Source: the human T2T-CHM13v2.0 reference genome, Homo sapiens. Taken from it: DNA of 64,000 bases. The translations under genes were made by a program, and so were the position numbers. The notes beneath the pieces were generated by a model. It saw only the letters and a list, made by a program, of their open reading frames with translations. It made no database searches and was not told the DNA's origin. Where the stretch lies: assembly GCF_009914755.1 (NCBI RefSeq), contig NC_060928.1; one strand, 5' to 3'. Of the stretch, positions 28,513-42,370 are shown one piece after another. The first letter of the stretch is position 1; the number at the start of each line of letters is the position of its first letter.

Positions 28513-29136
28513 GTGTTAGGGAAGAAAAACGTTTCTCTACTCTCATGTTCACTAATTGAGGTCTGTGATTTAACTGACAAGAGAAAGATTAACAGAGGAA
28601 AAGTCATAGAAATTTCTTTAATATTTGTGATGTTATGTGCATGGGGGCATCACAAAAACTGAGGTAAAAAACCTGTAGAAGCTGTTAGCTACATCTATCA
28701 TTTTAACATAGGTTGATAAATTGTGGGAGGTGAGTAGATAAAGGTAAAGCGGTTGGGGCTTCTAAGAGAAATAAATTGTGGGGAGGTGACTGGGAAATAT
28801 ACTGGGAAATTGGTGTTATATAAGGGTTATTTAGTAAAATTTGTTTAAAAATATTTTTTGTTTAAAACAAATTTAAAAATGTTTTAAACAAATTTAAATT
28901 TTAGTAAAATTTGTTTTGCAGACTCAATGCTGTCTTTATCTCCAGTGATGAAGGTTATTATTTTCTTCCTGGTAGGGGAGAAAGAGGATATTGTCAAAAA
29001 AATGTATGCCCTCCTTTTAGGTAGATAGGGAAATAGCTGCGAGCTCTTCCTATGTTTCTTTTTCTCAGTTTCTTTCAGTTTGAAATAATCATGTCAAAGT
29101 AGCATATTATGGGGTGTCATATTTTGATTCCCTTCA
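28513..29136 (-). mobile_element. MER34-family solo LTR (ERV1)
   Basis: Ends gaaataatcatgtcaaagtagcatattatggggtgtcatattttgattcccttca, the antisense of the MER34-type LTR start. Confidence 0.7.
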
Positions 29137-29890
29137 AAAGCATTCTATTTAGTTGAATGAATCAATCAATAACAAACAAGTTTGTTTGCTTGGTAATGTA
29201 AGCATCTATACACTTTCACATTTGTGTAATCTAAACAACGAAGTACTTTTTTACGTATGAAAGTTCTTTAATTTAGGAAATGCTAATGTTCGATTTGTTT
29301 ATAGGTTTTACATCTCTATCTCATTTATTATGTTTTATTTTTAATTTAGTGTAGATATACTAAATATTGACTGTTGTAATAAAAAAATACTTATAAGATT
29401 GACTGGAGTGCAGGCATAGGTATCAGAATCCCTAACCTTAGGTAATTCACTTAAAGTATCTGAGAATCAGTTTTCTCATCTATAAAATAGAGAGAATTTT
29501 TTTATAATGCTTGTTATATTTACAACAATAACAAATGCTTTCCTTTGTATTTAGGAATCCTTTCAGTCTAATATTTGGCTTTTATGGAATAAACCAATAT
29601 TTTAGTGTCTTTTTACCATTAATGAAACTCAGTACATTATATTTGGTTTAAATTGTCATATACTATCCGTTCACATCCACATGCACGTAATATAAATCGG
29701 TAGAATATATATTTTTCATATTTTCCATGAGACTAAAATATTATTTCTCTCTGATATACTAACATGGGGAAGTTTGTGTCTGTACAATCATATTTCTAAG
29801 TTAAATGTTTTGATTGTTTGTAACTTTCATACTAATTATCACCTGGACTGAGTACCACTAACATGCTGAACTTTGCTCTGAAAATATTAA

Positions 29891-29893
<3 letters not shown>

Positions 29894-29935
<42 letters not shown>
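29894..29935. repeat. (GT)21 microsatellite
   Basis: Perfect GT run. Confidence 0.97.
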
Positions 29936-29937
<2 letters not shown>

Positions 29938-30814
29938 AATACTGGAGACAACTGGCAATGAATCATAAGAAAAGAATCCCAAGTCAAGTTAAAGTAAAAC
30001 ATGTAAACTACAATAGAATATTTGAACTAATGTAAGCCTTATCTTTACTCTTTTTATCCTATTTGAAGTAGGAGAGTAGGAATATATTTGTATTATGCAA
30101 ATTAACAGCAAGTTTGTCTAATTTTTTTCTAGATACTCATAGAGACATAACATAGCCTGCTATGAAGCAGGTCACTCTTTTAAAATGAGCACATTCATCT
30201 TGTATTTTTCTTGCCTCTAAATGCATGACAGCTAATATATAAAAACAAAGTGCTTTTAAAGGATGGAAATTATTTTATGTTTACAAAATATGCTTGGGTA
30301 ACAATGCATTTCAAATATTCAACATTTTGAATTTGTTTGGTGCTAGCACCAAGCTGAATGATTTAATGTACTTTCCATGTGAATCTTACATACATTTTCA
30401 TTAATGTATATATGTTGTCATTGCTTTAAGAAGAAATTAATTCACATTGAATGGGTTCATTTTTATTTCATAAATTATACTCCATAAAATCTGGCCACTA
30501 AATATTTCATTTTTAGCTATTAAAGAATTAAAATCATTTAGTTGGTTATTCATACCTTTTATTTGCTTTCCTACATATATTATGGGTCAAACAGAAGAGC
30601 CATCTGTGATCTCAATACCCTTTCTCACACTACTATTCCTACTTTTTCTGTAAACAACAACAGCATAAATACTTTATATTTATTCTCTGCCCACTGATTT
30701 AAACTTTTAACTTTAAAAAATTAGCTCTAGCCTCTATTATACTGAGCATGGCTTGTCTTGGATTTCTGGCCTGAGGGTGCAAAGAGAGCAAAGGATTTGA
30801 CACACCAAGCACAG

Positions 30815-31262
30815 TTTGTATTTAACTCTAGTATAAAAGTTAAAAGACAACAGTCTTAAAAACAATTTTATCCACAATAATTTGGTAATGGATTAACCAT
30901 ATAAGAAGTAAAGTGTGACATCAACAGCAAAAAATGTGGAAGTAATTGTGTAGAGATTTTGTATGTAATTGAAGATAAATTGTTATTACCTTAAAATAAA
31001 CTTTTAAATGAGACAGGTTTTGTAAGACATGTATACCACAAAGAGAAAACCTCTGGTAGTTATAGAAAAGATGAAGAAACCAGGAGTCTAAGCATACCAC
31101 TACAAAAAATCAAATCACGAAGGAACAGAAAGGAAGAAAGGAAAAAAAACTTTCCATACATTCAGAAAACAATTAACAAAATCGTGATGTCAAGTCCTTA
31201 CCTATCAATAATTTCTTTAAATGTAAATGAATGAAATTCTCTAATCAAAAGACATACAGCAG
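30815..31262 (+). mobile_element. Old L1M fragment (inter-ORF region and start of ORF2)
   Basis: A-rich tract ending aagtccttacctatcaataatttctttaaatgtaaatgaatgaaattctctaatcaaaagacata, a degenerate start of the L1 ORF2 endonuclease domain. Confidence 0.75.
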
Positions 31263-31289
31263 ATGCACAGATTTTAAACCTTCCTACTT

Positions 31290-33600
31290 TGCCAATATAA
31301 GCATTTAAAGCATTTAAATGCATTAGCTATGTCTCATAAATTTAATATTAAATGTTTTATTATTCAGTTTGATATTTTGGACATTTCTAATTTGATTCAT
31401 GTATTATTTAGATGTGTGATGCTTAAATTTTATACAATTAGATTTTCCTGCATTTTTTTCAATTTTTGGTTTCTAGCTTAATTTGTTCTTTGTGGTCCTA
31501 GAGCCTATTGTGATTATTATCAACTTTAAATTTGTTAAGGCTTTCCTTGATATCCAAGCATCTGGTCAATTTTTGTAAGTGTTCTAGGTCTAGTTGTAAT
31601 AAATACGAATTTCGTTCTTGTTTGGCGAAGCATTCAACTTGTCTCAGTTGGATTGTTCATTAATTGTGTTTTCAAATTTTTATTATTATTACTGTTTTAT
31701 ATCTGCTCATTCTGTCATTTATTGCTAGAAGTATGTTACAATCTAACACTCTGGGAATTTATCCATGTCTCCTTTTATTGTTGTCAATAAATTTTTGTTA
31801 AGTGTTTTTAATCTACATTATCAGGTATATAAATGTTTATAGTTAGGTATATTCTTTTTGTATTGACACTTTTATTCATTATGAAAAGAGTCTTTCTTTA
31901 CCTTTAGTAAAGCTTCTTGCCCTAAAAGTATTTTTTTCTGATATTAGTGTAGCTATATCAGCTTTATTTTGATTAGTAATTTATGGTAATCTCTTCCCAT
32001 CCTATTACTTTCAACCTTCCATGTCTTTATCTCATATTTAAAGTAAATGACTTGTGTTCAGGATTTAGCTCTCACTGTTATTTTAATCTGATAGTCTTAG
32101 TCTTTCCTCTGACATATGTTATTTGCAATTAATTCAATTTAATTACTTTGATGTAGTTTTATTTTCATCTGTGATCTTGCTATGTGCGGTGTATTAGGCC
32201 TCCCTTTTTATGTTCATTTTTTGCTTCTTGACTTCTTTTAGCAAAATTAAGCATTTATCTATTACTTTATTATTTTCCTTTTAACTTAGTTATATTTCCT
32301 TCCTATGCTTTTAGTGGTTCCTTAGAGGTTACAACATGCATCATTGACTTACTACAGTTTAATTTTCAAAAACTTTTTGTCCCAGCTACTAGAGAGGCTG
32401 AGGTGGGTGGATTGCTGGAGTTCAGGAGGCAGACACTGTTGTGAACTGAGATCACCCAACTGCATCCTATCCTGGGTGACAGAGCGAGACCCTGTCCCAA
32501 ACAACAACAACAGCAAAAACCTCTTATTACTAACCCATGTTGCTTGAAACTTAGAAACTTTAAACTTTGTTAATCCTTTTTCTAACTTTGCATTATTATT
32601 TTCAGGCATTTTGCTTCTACAAATCATTTACGTCTTATAACACATACAATTGCTTTGTACAGTTAAGATCCTTCAATGTTTATTTACTTATATACTACTA
32701 TGTTTATTTACTTATATATACTAGTGTTCTTGTTCTTTTTGTTTGTTTCCAGGTTTCCATCTAGGATTACTTTTTTTCTATCTAAAGAAGACTTTTTGGG
32801 TTCTCTTTTAATATAAGCCAGCTGGAAATGAATTTTTTTGTTATTGCCTTGTTTAGAACCAATCAATTTTGTTTCATCTTCAGGTTTTAAGAGTATTTCA
32901 ACTTGGTATAGAACATTAGTTGACAATGACTTTCTTTCATCGTCTTGAGAATGATATCTCATTGTTTTGTGGCTTCCATAATTTTATTCAGAAATCAGCT
33001 GCCAGTCTTATTGTTGTTCCTTTGATGGCAATGTATCTTTTTTTTCTGGCTGCTTTTACAATTTCCTTTTCCTCCTCTTGGCTATCAGCAAAATCTCTGT
33101 GTGGGGTCTGTGTGTGTGCATGCTTTTCATATCTGGGTCTTGTCGTGGTTATGGGCCTACATATCCATGTCCTTTCATTAGTGTTAGAAAATTCCTATTC
33201 AATATGTCTTTTAATATTTACTTCTGCCCCATTACCTCCTCTCCTTCAGTAAACTTAATTTTAGGAATGTTAGATATTTTGAGTTTTTTTCTATAGGTCT
33301 CTTACACAGTGTTCTGTTTCTTAATTCTTCCCCAATCTTGTGTACTTTAGTTTGTGTATTTTCTGTTTATTTTTCCTGAGATTACCACTTCTTTTTTTCA
33401 TTCTGTCTAGTCTGAGACAGACCTCATCCAACAAATTCTTTATATCACATATTGTATTTCTCAGTTCTAGAATGTCCATTGAATTCCTTTTTCAGATCAG
33501 AGTTTTCTGTTGAAATTCTTTGTCCTTCATTCTGTTTTAACAATATTGCATTCTGTTTTCTGTTGTTTTAAATATATCACCAAGATTTGATTGAGAGTCT
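31290..33600 (-). mobile_element. Highly diverged antisense L1M (L1MD/ME-like) fragments
   Basis: T-rich strand with L1 ORF2/5' signatures (ttttctgatattagtgtagctatatcagctttattttgattag, cttcccatcctattactttcaacc, agaaatcagctgccagtcttattgttgttcctttg). Boundaries approximate. Confidence 0.65.
32379..32520 (+). mobile_element. Alu right monomer (FRAM/AluJ fragment) inserted in L1
   Basis: tcccagctactagagaggctgaggtggg...gacagagcgagaccctgtc with a (CAA)n tail. Flanks aaaaacttttt / aaaaacctctt. Confidence 0.85.
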
Positions 33601-34428
33601 GATGAAAAGCATTTTCCTTTCTTTGAAAATTGTGGCAGATATAGCTCTTCCTTTAAGGTGTTCCAGGCTTTCTTATCATCTCCTCATTTTATAGAAATCC
33701 CCTAACTCTCATATGCTTGGAGAGGAAGCAGTCATTATAGTTGATGTAGGCCCCTTTCTCTCTTTCTGGTCAGGTATTTTTTTTTTTTTTTTTTTTTTGT
33801 GCTAAGCACCACAAGACAACAGAATATTTTTTTTCTGCATTTAGAAGTTTCAGCCTAGCTAGTTTCCTATAGAGGACACAGGCCATAGAGTTGAGTTTCC
33901 TCAAGTTTTCACTTTGTGCCATCAGTCCTGTTTTACTACTAAAAGCTTCTCTAATTTCTCTTTATGCGAGGTTTCTTCTGAATAGCCAAATTAAGCCTGT
34001 ACCCAAACTTGGCATATGTCCTCAAGAGGACAACAGATACAGAAAAATTTTATCTCACTAAAGAAACATTCCCTCCCTGGAATTTTCATTTGTATAATGT
34101 TCATTGCTTTCCCAAACCTCTAATGCAAATCAAAATATGTCATTTATCCATCCAGCTTTTTGAAGAAGTGTCATTATTCTTCAATTTCCTAATATTTTGT
34201 ACTAGAACTGCATTAAGTTATTTAAATATATATGCTTAATGTTGTGACGAAAATTAGAGTGAAATGTGTTGCTGTGTTCAAATTAAATATTGCATTTTCA
34301 TTGGTTAAACTTAATAAATGTAATGTAGGACAGATATTCTTGCATGGATATTTCTATAGTTGTTTCATAATTTAACAACAATCCAAGAAGTTTGGGTCTC
34401 ACATGTACAGAGAAAAAACTTTGCAGTC

Positions 34429-34980
34429 TGTGGTAGGCAGCCTCTAAGATGGCACCTAATGATTGTCACACCTTGATATTCGCACTCCATTATCCTTTCC
34501 TTTTGAATGTGGACTGGATTTAGTGACTTGCTTTTAGTGAATGTAATGTGTCAGACAAGACGGAGTATTACTTTCAAGAATAAGTTACAAAAGGAGTCAC
34601 GCATTTATCCTATGCATCTCCTGTTGCTTTCTTGCTTGCTGGCTGGCAAAGCAAGCTGTCATGTTGTGAGAAGCCCTGTGGATAATCCCTTGTGGCAAGG
34701 AGGTAATGCCTATGGCCAACAGCCAGTAAGGACTGGGCCTTGCCAACAACCACATAAGTGAGCTTGAAAGTGAATTGTCCCCATTCAAGCCTTGAGATGA
34801 CTGCAGCCCGGGCCAGCAACTTGATTGCAGCGTTTTGAGAGACCCTACACCAGACACACCTGGCTAATTTCTACTTAGACTTTTTACTCCACAAAAACTA
34901 AGAGATAATAAATCTGTTACTTTAAACTGCTGAGTATTGTTTACTTTGCCGTACGTAAGCAGTATAGACAGACTTTTACA
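34429..34980 (+). mobile_element. MLT1F-type solo LTR (MaLR)
   Basis: tgtggtaggcagcctctaagatggc...ttgagatgactgcagccc...gagagaccct...gagataataaat. Confidence 0.8.
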
Positions 34981-35067
34981 TAAATCCTGATTCCAATGCT
35001 TATCCATTGTGCATTATGATTAAGTTATAGCACAATCTCAGTTTCCTCATCTCTATAAAAAGTGAAA

Positions 35068-35344
<277 letters not shown>

Positions 35345-36072
35345 CTAATAGCAAAGTAAGACCCAAAGAAGGGAAAATCTCTTAGAAAAGAAAGCTAATT
35401 TATATTCAAGATATTTTGCAAAGGAGTTTCAACTTTAGAATGCTTGCTTGCCAATTAAAAAAAATCTGACATGTACTTAAAGGGAAAAAAATTACAAAAT
35501 TGCCAAGGTTACAATTAGCCTATAGTGGAAAACAGTATTTTATTTTATTTTTTTTATGCATTGCAAAATCATCAGGTATCTTCCGAAACCAGAAAAGCAA
35601 AAGTCAGTCAGGGATCAGGTTTTTTGTTTTTTGTTTGTTTGTTTGTTTGTTTTTTAACCAGTGACTCAGTCAGGTGCAGGAGAGTACTCAGCTCAAACAG
35701 TTGTCATTTATTTCAGTGATGCAAAGTAAAGATACTGACCTTTTGTTTTTCTCATTGTTCATCTCAGGATACAACATAAGCATGCATGTGTGTGTGCATG
35801 TGAGTGTTTCTTTTTCTGTTTGATTTGTAGTGTGTGATTTGCTCTCTGTACAGGAAGGCATGTTGCTTTTTTTCCACATCTGTGGGTTTAAATGAGATAA
35901 AGTATCTAAGCAAGTTTTCCTTCCTTCTGCAATATGAGAATCTTTTTCTGTAAAAAGAAACTTTTCTGTAAATTTTATGAATTTATTCTGTAAAACACAT
36001 CTGTAAAATTGTCAAATGTCCTGTATTCAGTATTGAAAAACAACCTTTCTTACCCCTAATTTAAGAATGTTG

Positions 36073-36379
36073 GGCCGGGCACAGTGGCTCAAGTCTGTAA
36101 TACCAGCACTTTGAGAGGCTGAGGCAGGTGGATCAACTGAGGTCAGAAGTTTGACACCAGCCTGGCCAACACGGGGAAACCCTGTCTCTACTAAAAATAC
36201 AAAAATTAACCGGGCATGGTGGGGGACGGGGGGCGTGTAATCCCAGCTACTCAGGAGGCTGAAGCATGAGAATCGCTTGAACCCTGGAGGCAGAGGTTGC
36301 AGTGAGCCGAGATCACACCACTCCGCTCCAGTGCGGGGGATAGAGTGAGACTCTGTCTCCAAATAAATAAATACATAAA
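36073..36379 (+). mobile_element. Alu (AluSx/Sz-like), full length
   Basis: ggccgggcacagtggctc... with a (TAAA)n tail. Flanks taagaatgt / taaggatgt. Confidence 0.95.
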
Positions 36380-39300
36380 TAAGGATGTCTTCACCCTTTT
36401 CAAACATCCTTCTAATCTCTCAAATTTATTTTATTACAACCACTACTTTCATTAACTTCTCTGTAGCCCTAGTCTTCATTGCACTCTGTCTATCATTCCT
36501 CAAAATTGTTTATGCTAACCTTGAAAATACCGCTTCCCTCTATTTTCTATAATTGTAATTTAAATTTTCCTGTTAGTTTTCAACATTATTCCTTATTGCT
36601 TGATCTTTAATAATTTTAAAGACATTTTCTTTTGTCTTCAATGTATCTATATGTTTGGCAAATTAAAGATGGAAAGGCTCTATTTGTCATTCTGCTGAAA
36701 GAGACAGTAAACCTTGGTGAGAAATTGAATGCCTTAAAGGTGGATGCTGACGGGAGAATGAGAGTATATTACAAAGAATCTTAGACATTTAGAGGAAATG
36801 CTGGAGTCAATGATATATATTGAGCTACATTGAAAGGGCTGGATTACTCATGCCTAGAAAATCCATAAAAACAAATTCAGGAAAGAGGACCAAGGAAAAC
36901 CGAAGAATGTGCTGTTTAAAATTGTAGGCTCCATTCAGAGGAGCATGGCGAGAGATTCTCTATTTCTAGAGCACAGATGGGCTAGTCAGGGAAATTCTGA
37001 ACACAGAAACTAAGGAATCAAGTGTGTATTGGAGTTTAGGCAACTCCAGAGAATTCTGCCTAAAGCTAAATAGTTAGGGTTGAAACCCTGAGAGGGAAAA
37101 TCCCTCGAAGGGACTCAGTGAATAATAAATAGATAGTTCCCCTGAAGGTGGAAGTAAGTAATAACTGGCAGAAAAGGACCTGCAGGCTTGATGCATGCTC
37201 AGGGAGAAAACTGTAAATGGAAGAGAATGAAACTGATTGGTCCTAGAATAAACAGGATACACGTTTGAAAATGTGCCAGTGTGTAATATTTTACCCATGG
37301 TGTAGCTTCCTTAAATGCAGTTTTCTAGCATCAACATTTCAAACTTAGTTCTGTACACCTACTTGCTGCATCCTACTGAGGTTCAAGAATATCCACTACC
37401 CCATACCCTAGTGGCTGCTTCAATGTGCGTGACACTGGGAAATATGGATATTTACAAGGATGCCTCTTCTGTTGCTGAATAATTCAAATTATTTTAAAAA
37501 ATTCTTCATTCTTTCCAGCCCCTGTTTGCTTTTTGATGATGATTATTAATACCTGTTAGCCTTAGTTCTACCTTATAAGCCAACACAGAATTTTTATGAT
37601 GGCCTTCCAAATGTGTGGGTCTATCCTATACAGCTATTCCCTTTATCAGTGAAAATATCTCAGGTTTCATTAACTATTTATGTGACATGGTTTTGGGGAT
37701 CCTCATCATTTTAATTGCCTTTCTCCTGGAAGTCTTCAGCTGTCAGTTTTAAAAAAAATATTTCAGATGGATTTTTAAGGTATTTCACCTTGCATATGAA
37801 AGATATTTTATCATCTGATTGAATGGACAAGAAATGGGTATGGGAAAAGGAAACAAGGGCACGAATCTGGACTGAGCTAAGTAAAATATGAATATTCGAC
37901 TTAGATTTGTGACTAAGAAACCATACTTCTGTTTATTGCAACTAAGGCTACATTTAACTTTTGTTGATGCTTATTTATTTTTGTATTCATCTTAAAGCAG
38001 TTTTTGTGTTACCGTTGGCTCAGTCTGTGTGTTCAAATGCATTTAGATCTTTCCACAAGAGCCACTACAATCTGAGGCCTCCAAATTGATTTTTTACCTA
38101 AATTTAAACTTTAGTAATTACCCCGTTTCAATTCCACTTTGTTAGTTTTAGTCTAGCATGCTAGGGAAATAATTTTGAATCTTGATTATTTATGTGATTT
38201 TTAGATTTGTAAAACAAATTTGCCGTGTGTTCTAAGTCATCAGTTTTAAAATGTTGCCGGCCATAATCGTATGTTATGTCATTAGAAGTATTTGTATAAG
38301 AAGACATCAATCCACTAATCATAATTTGACTTTAATTGTTTAGTGAGTTGTGAATTTTACATAATTGCACCATCGCCTAATATAGAGCTTCACATTTTAT
38401 CTACGTGATTATAATTAGATGCTCTGTCAAAGTCTCAGCTGAAATCAAGATTATCTATGGCATTCGCTTGATAAACCAACCAATCAATCAATTGTATCCT
38501 TACAATAATTGATGTTATTTGTGGAGCTCTTATTGGATCCTTGTGGATACCATTTTTATTTCACATATACCAACTATTTGTTTTTCAGCTGTTTTTCCAC
38601 TGTTCTATAGTTTCTTAAATATTTTTTCAAATTTTTGTGTGTGTAAACAAGGAAAAGATATAATAATATATACAGAAATTTTATTTACCCATTTACAATC
38701 TTTTGCTTCCTCTGATAACCATTATTCTGTAAATATTTCTAGTTGAGACTGTGAGATCACAACATTTGCCTTTTATACATTTAGGGGGTTAGTTCATGGA
38801 AGCCTAAGATCTCGAGTACATTTGAAAATATCAGCCCCAGGGTTTGCATCTCTGAACCTATTTTGGCCATTTACTACCTCTCTTTATTGCAAGAGCTATT
38901 CCTATTGCTAGGACAAAAGAGAGAGAGAGAGAGAAACAGACATGAAATAGATTGTTCTTTACACAAACTATCTTGAACAATTCTGTTTTCTGCCTATGGA
39001 TATGAAGGATCTTGCTAGAGAAGAGGAAAGAGGAAAATATATAATTCGTAGGCTTTTAGGTTTTAGGGAGAATCGTTTGCTCGAGGTAGCTAAAGAAATA
39101 AGATTCAGCAGGAGTACCCTTTGTTTTGAGCTTCAGACATTTCTTCCTGCTTTTCTCTAAGCAATGTCTCTTCTCTACTTCAAAAGTTTAATTATAGCTA
39201 AACCAGTGGCATTTTCCTAAAATACAATCTTCTGGAAATCATAACTTCAGCAATCTTTCTAGAATTCATGAATATAAACATATAGTGAATTTTGTGTTTA

Positions 39301-40543
39301 TCAGGTAAACAGCTTTTTCTTTCACTCGCTTTAACATCTTACTCAATGATACAAAGATTATTTATGCACCAATAAATAAAATTTCATTAAAGAATTGCAA
39401 AAGGAAGGAGAATATTGAACCCAGAAATCTTGCTAAATCCAAAACATCAAATTGTAGTTATCTTCAATGGGAAGAGGAAAAGGGAATCTATGTTTAGACT
39501 TTTGTTTTCCCCTGGATAATATATTAGAACCTCACTATTGGTTAACATACCTTAGGGAAGAGCCAAGTGTGAAGCAGTTCGAAATACAATAGTACAGTTT
39601 CCATTTATTATTTTCCTGCTGTGATTAGATAATTAGTAAGGTACTTTGTGTTTAGGTGAATTTTCACTAGAAAAGCAGTAGAATTAAATTGAATTGGCAA
39701 AAGTGCCATTTATTTCTTCTCTTCTTTAATGTGTTGATTTCTTCATGCCAGTTTCCAACGATGAGCTCAGCGTGTGTTCTCACATAATTTAACCTTTATT
39801 CCTTATAATTAAATCTAAACATACATTGAAATCAAAGCTGCTTAGCTATTTAAGTATATATCTAACAATTACAAATGAGCATGATCTATTTTAATAAAAC
39901 TAAAAAGGATACCCATTTCCGTTCATGAATACAGTGTGTACTAATAAGTGAGCAACCCCTTCAGAAGAAATGGGCTCAAATTTGCCCTTCATGCAGGGTA
40001 ACGTTTGGCTTCTGTGGCACAAACATGCTATTTCATTGAAATTAATTATGCCAATCGAAAGGTATTTAGTAAATACTCCTTATTTATTATTATTCTACGC
40101 AAAATGGAAGATGGAAAATAAGTTGTTTCTTTATTTGAATTCCTGTGAAACAACTGTAGTTGAGTTGGGGAGATATCCATAAGAAGCAAAATAAAGAATG
40201 AGAGAAAGAAAAGATGGGTAAATTTGATGTATAGAATGTATACGTTAGTGGTATTAAGGGAAAGGATTAGCAAGGAGCAGGACTGGGACAGAAGAGGTGC
40301 TTAGTAAATTTACAAGAATGATTCAATGGATGAACAAGTTGTAGAAAGAAGTATCAGTGACACTTAAAGTCACCAGAAGGTAACTATAGAATAAGAAGCG
40401 CTGCAAATGGAATACTAGTGTGTTTGATAAGTGAAGATATGGATGGGATTTTGAGGGGAGAAACTAGCATACCAGATTCGGAGGAGAATCAAGAACAACA
40501 TTCAGGAACAGGAGGAAGCACAGAGAAGAAGACAGAATCAACC

Positions 40544-40894
40544 TGATATGGTTTGGCTGTGTCCCCACCCAAATTTCATCTTGAATTGTAGCTCCTGTAT
40601 TTCCCACATATGGAGGAACCTGGTGCGAGATAACTGAATCATGGGTGCGGTTTCCCCCATACTGTTCTTACGGAAGTGAGTAAATCCCATAAAACCTGAT
40701 GGTTTTATAAGGGTTTTTTTTTTTCTCTTGGTTCTCACTCTCTCTTGCCTGCCACCATGTAAGACATGCCTTTTGCCTTCCACCATGATTGTGAGGCCTC
40801 CCTGCCATGTGGAACTGTGAGTCAATTAAACCTCTTTCTTTTTTAATTACTCAGTCTCGCATGTGTCTTTATGAGCAGCATGAGAACAGACACA
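40544..40894 (+). mobile_element. THE1B-type solo LTR (MaLR)
   Basis: tgatatggtttggctgtgtccccacccaaat...ccatgattgtgaggcctccc...gcagcatgagaacagac. Confidence 0.9.
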
Positions 40895-42164
40895 GCCCAG
40901 AGTTTTGACCTGGGACACAAAGGTAAAATTGGTTACATTACTTACAGTTTTATGCTATGGTCAAATTGCATTATTTTTCAAATGATCTGCATTTCAATAA
41001 CGTTATTTTCAGTTAGATTTTGTGTTTGAACATAGTATGGTCTAGGTAAAGTGAAGGAACACACTGTTTTGTTTGATTTAGTGTTTCTCCACTTTTTAAA
41101 ATTACCCCTGCTTTGACACACTAACAAAGCAAAAGTATGTGAAGACACCAGACTGTGAGTGGAGTGCATTCCAAAGGGACAGGACAAACATGTATTTTTG
41201 ATATTTTTATTGTTACAAGAAACTGAAAATCATAGTAATGTAATTTATACATATTTTGAAATTTATACATCCACATTTCCTGGTATTCTGATATTCCAAA
41301 TAGCACAAGTATCACAATCAGAAAATATTTATACAATTTCAAACTATTTATATTAAAATCCTCTATTACAACACTAGAGTAGAATCTCAACATTATTCAC
41401 TTTCATAAATCCCCAGACCACCCAATTGTTCAAAACATCTAAATTACCCTTAAAATATAGTAACAGAAATTCTAAAATGTAAGTGAACCATTTATTGTCT
41501 TAAAAGGTTCTAAGTATTCATCCTGAAAATTAGAATATTTTACACCAAAATAAATTGTATTAAACATTTTAGTACATTCTTACTATTGTGACATGAACCA
41601 TAAACTTAGGTTTTCAGCATTTTTTTTTCATACTGCTTCAAGAGAGACATGGAATAAATAATGATTATGTGAAAATGATAGAGGTACTGTTGATTCATTC
41701 ATTGGCCCAATTTGTACTGGCCACCCACTCAAGTAGGAGGCACTAGGATTTGGTCCAAGCTCATCCATCATACCACACACCTTTGAAGTTGCTTGTGACA
41801 CTCATGTTAAATCTACTAATGGAAAGAATAAATATATTCACAATTAAAAATGGTTGTGTTCTTCCAAAGAGGCGGATAATTTAAAATAATCAGTTCAAAA
41901 TTAATTTTATAAGAAACAAATGAATACAGGGTTTATAGTCTAGGAGGTTAAAATAGCATCTGTCTCATTCTTCTTTTTATGTTGAATTAGTACAAATAGT
42001 AGGCAGATGGCTGGTGGAAATAAAGACTGATACTTTACCAACAAAGTCTAGCTGGGCCATGGAAGACAACTGACAACCATTTGCCTGAGTAATCTTCATA
42101 TTTTCCTTGTTTGTCGTTGGACACAATAGGTAGCCCAGTATTTTATTTGAAGAGATGGATTGTG

Positions 42165-42370
42165 GAGGCAGAATGCCTATGCACAAATCTCAGTCTCTCT
42201 GGTGAGAACTTTGCCTAATTTTTCTGTACCTCACTTTACTCAGTTGTAAAATGAGGATAATGATATAACCTCCGCTCCTTCTTTAAGGATTGTTTTTAGG
42301 ATTAAATGAAGTGATCTCTGTAAAGCACTTTGAAAAACACTAGATGCTAAATAAACATTAGCCATTTTTC
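42165..42370 (+). mobile_element. MIR SINE
   Basis: ctgtacctcactttactcagttgtaaaatgaggataatgata...aggattaaatga...tgtaaagcactt. Confidence 0.7.

Noticed and set aside
30815-32350. Opposed L1 fragments as a twin-priming inversion
   Set aside because: Both appear to contain the ORF2 start and look different in age, and no shared TSD was seen. Independent insertions are more likely.
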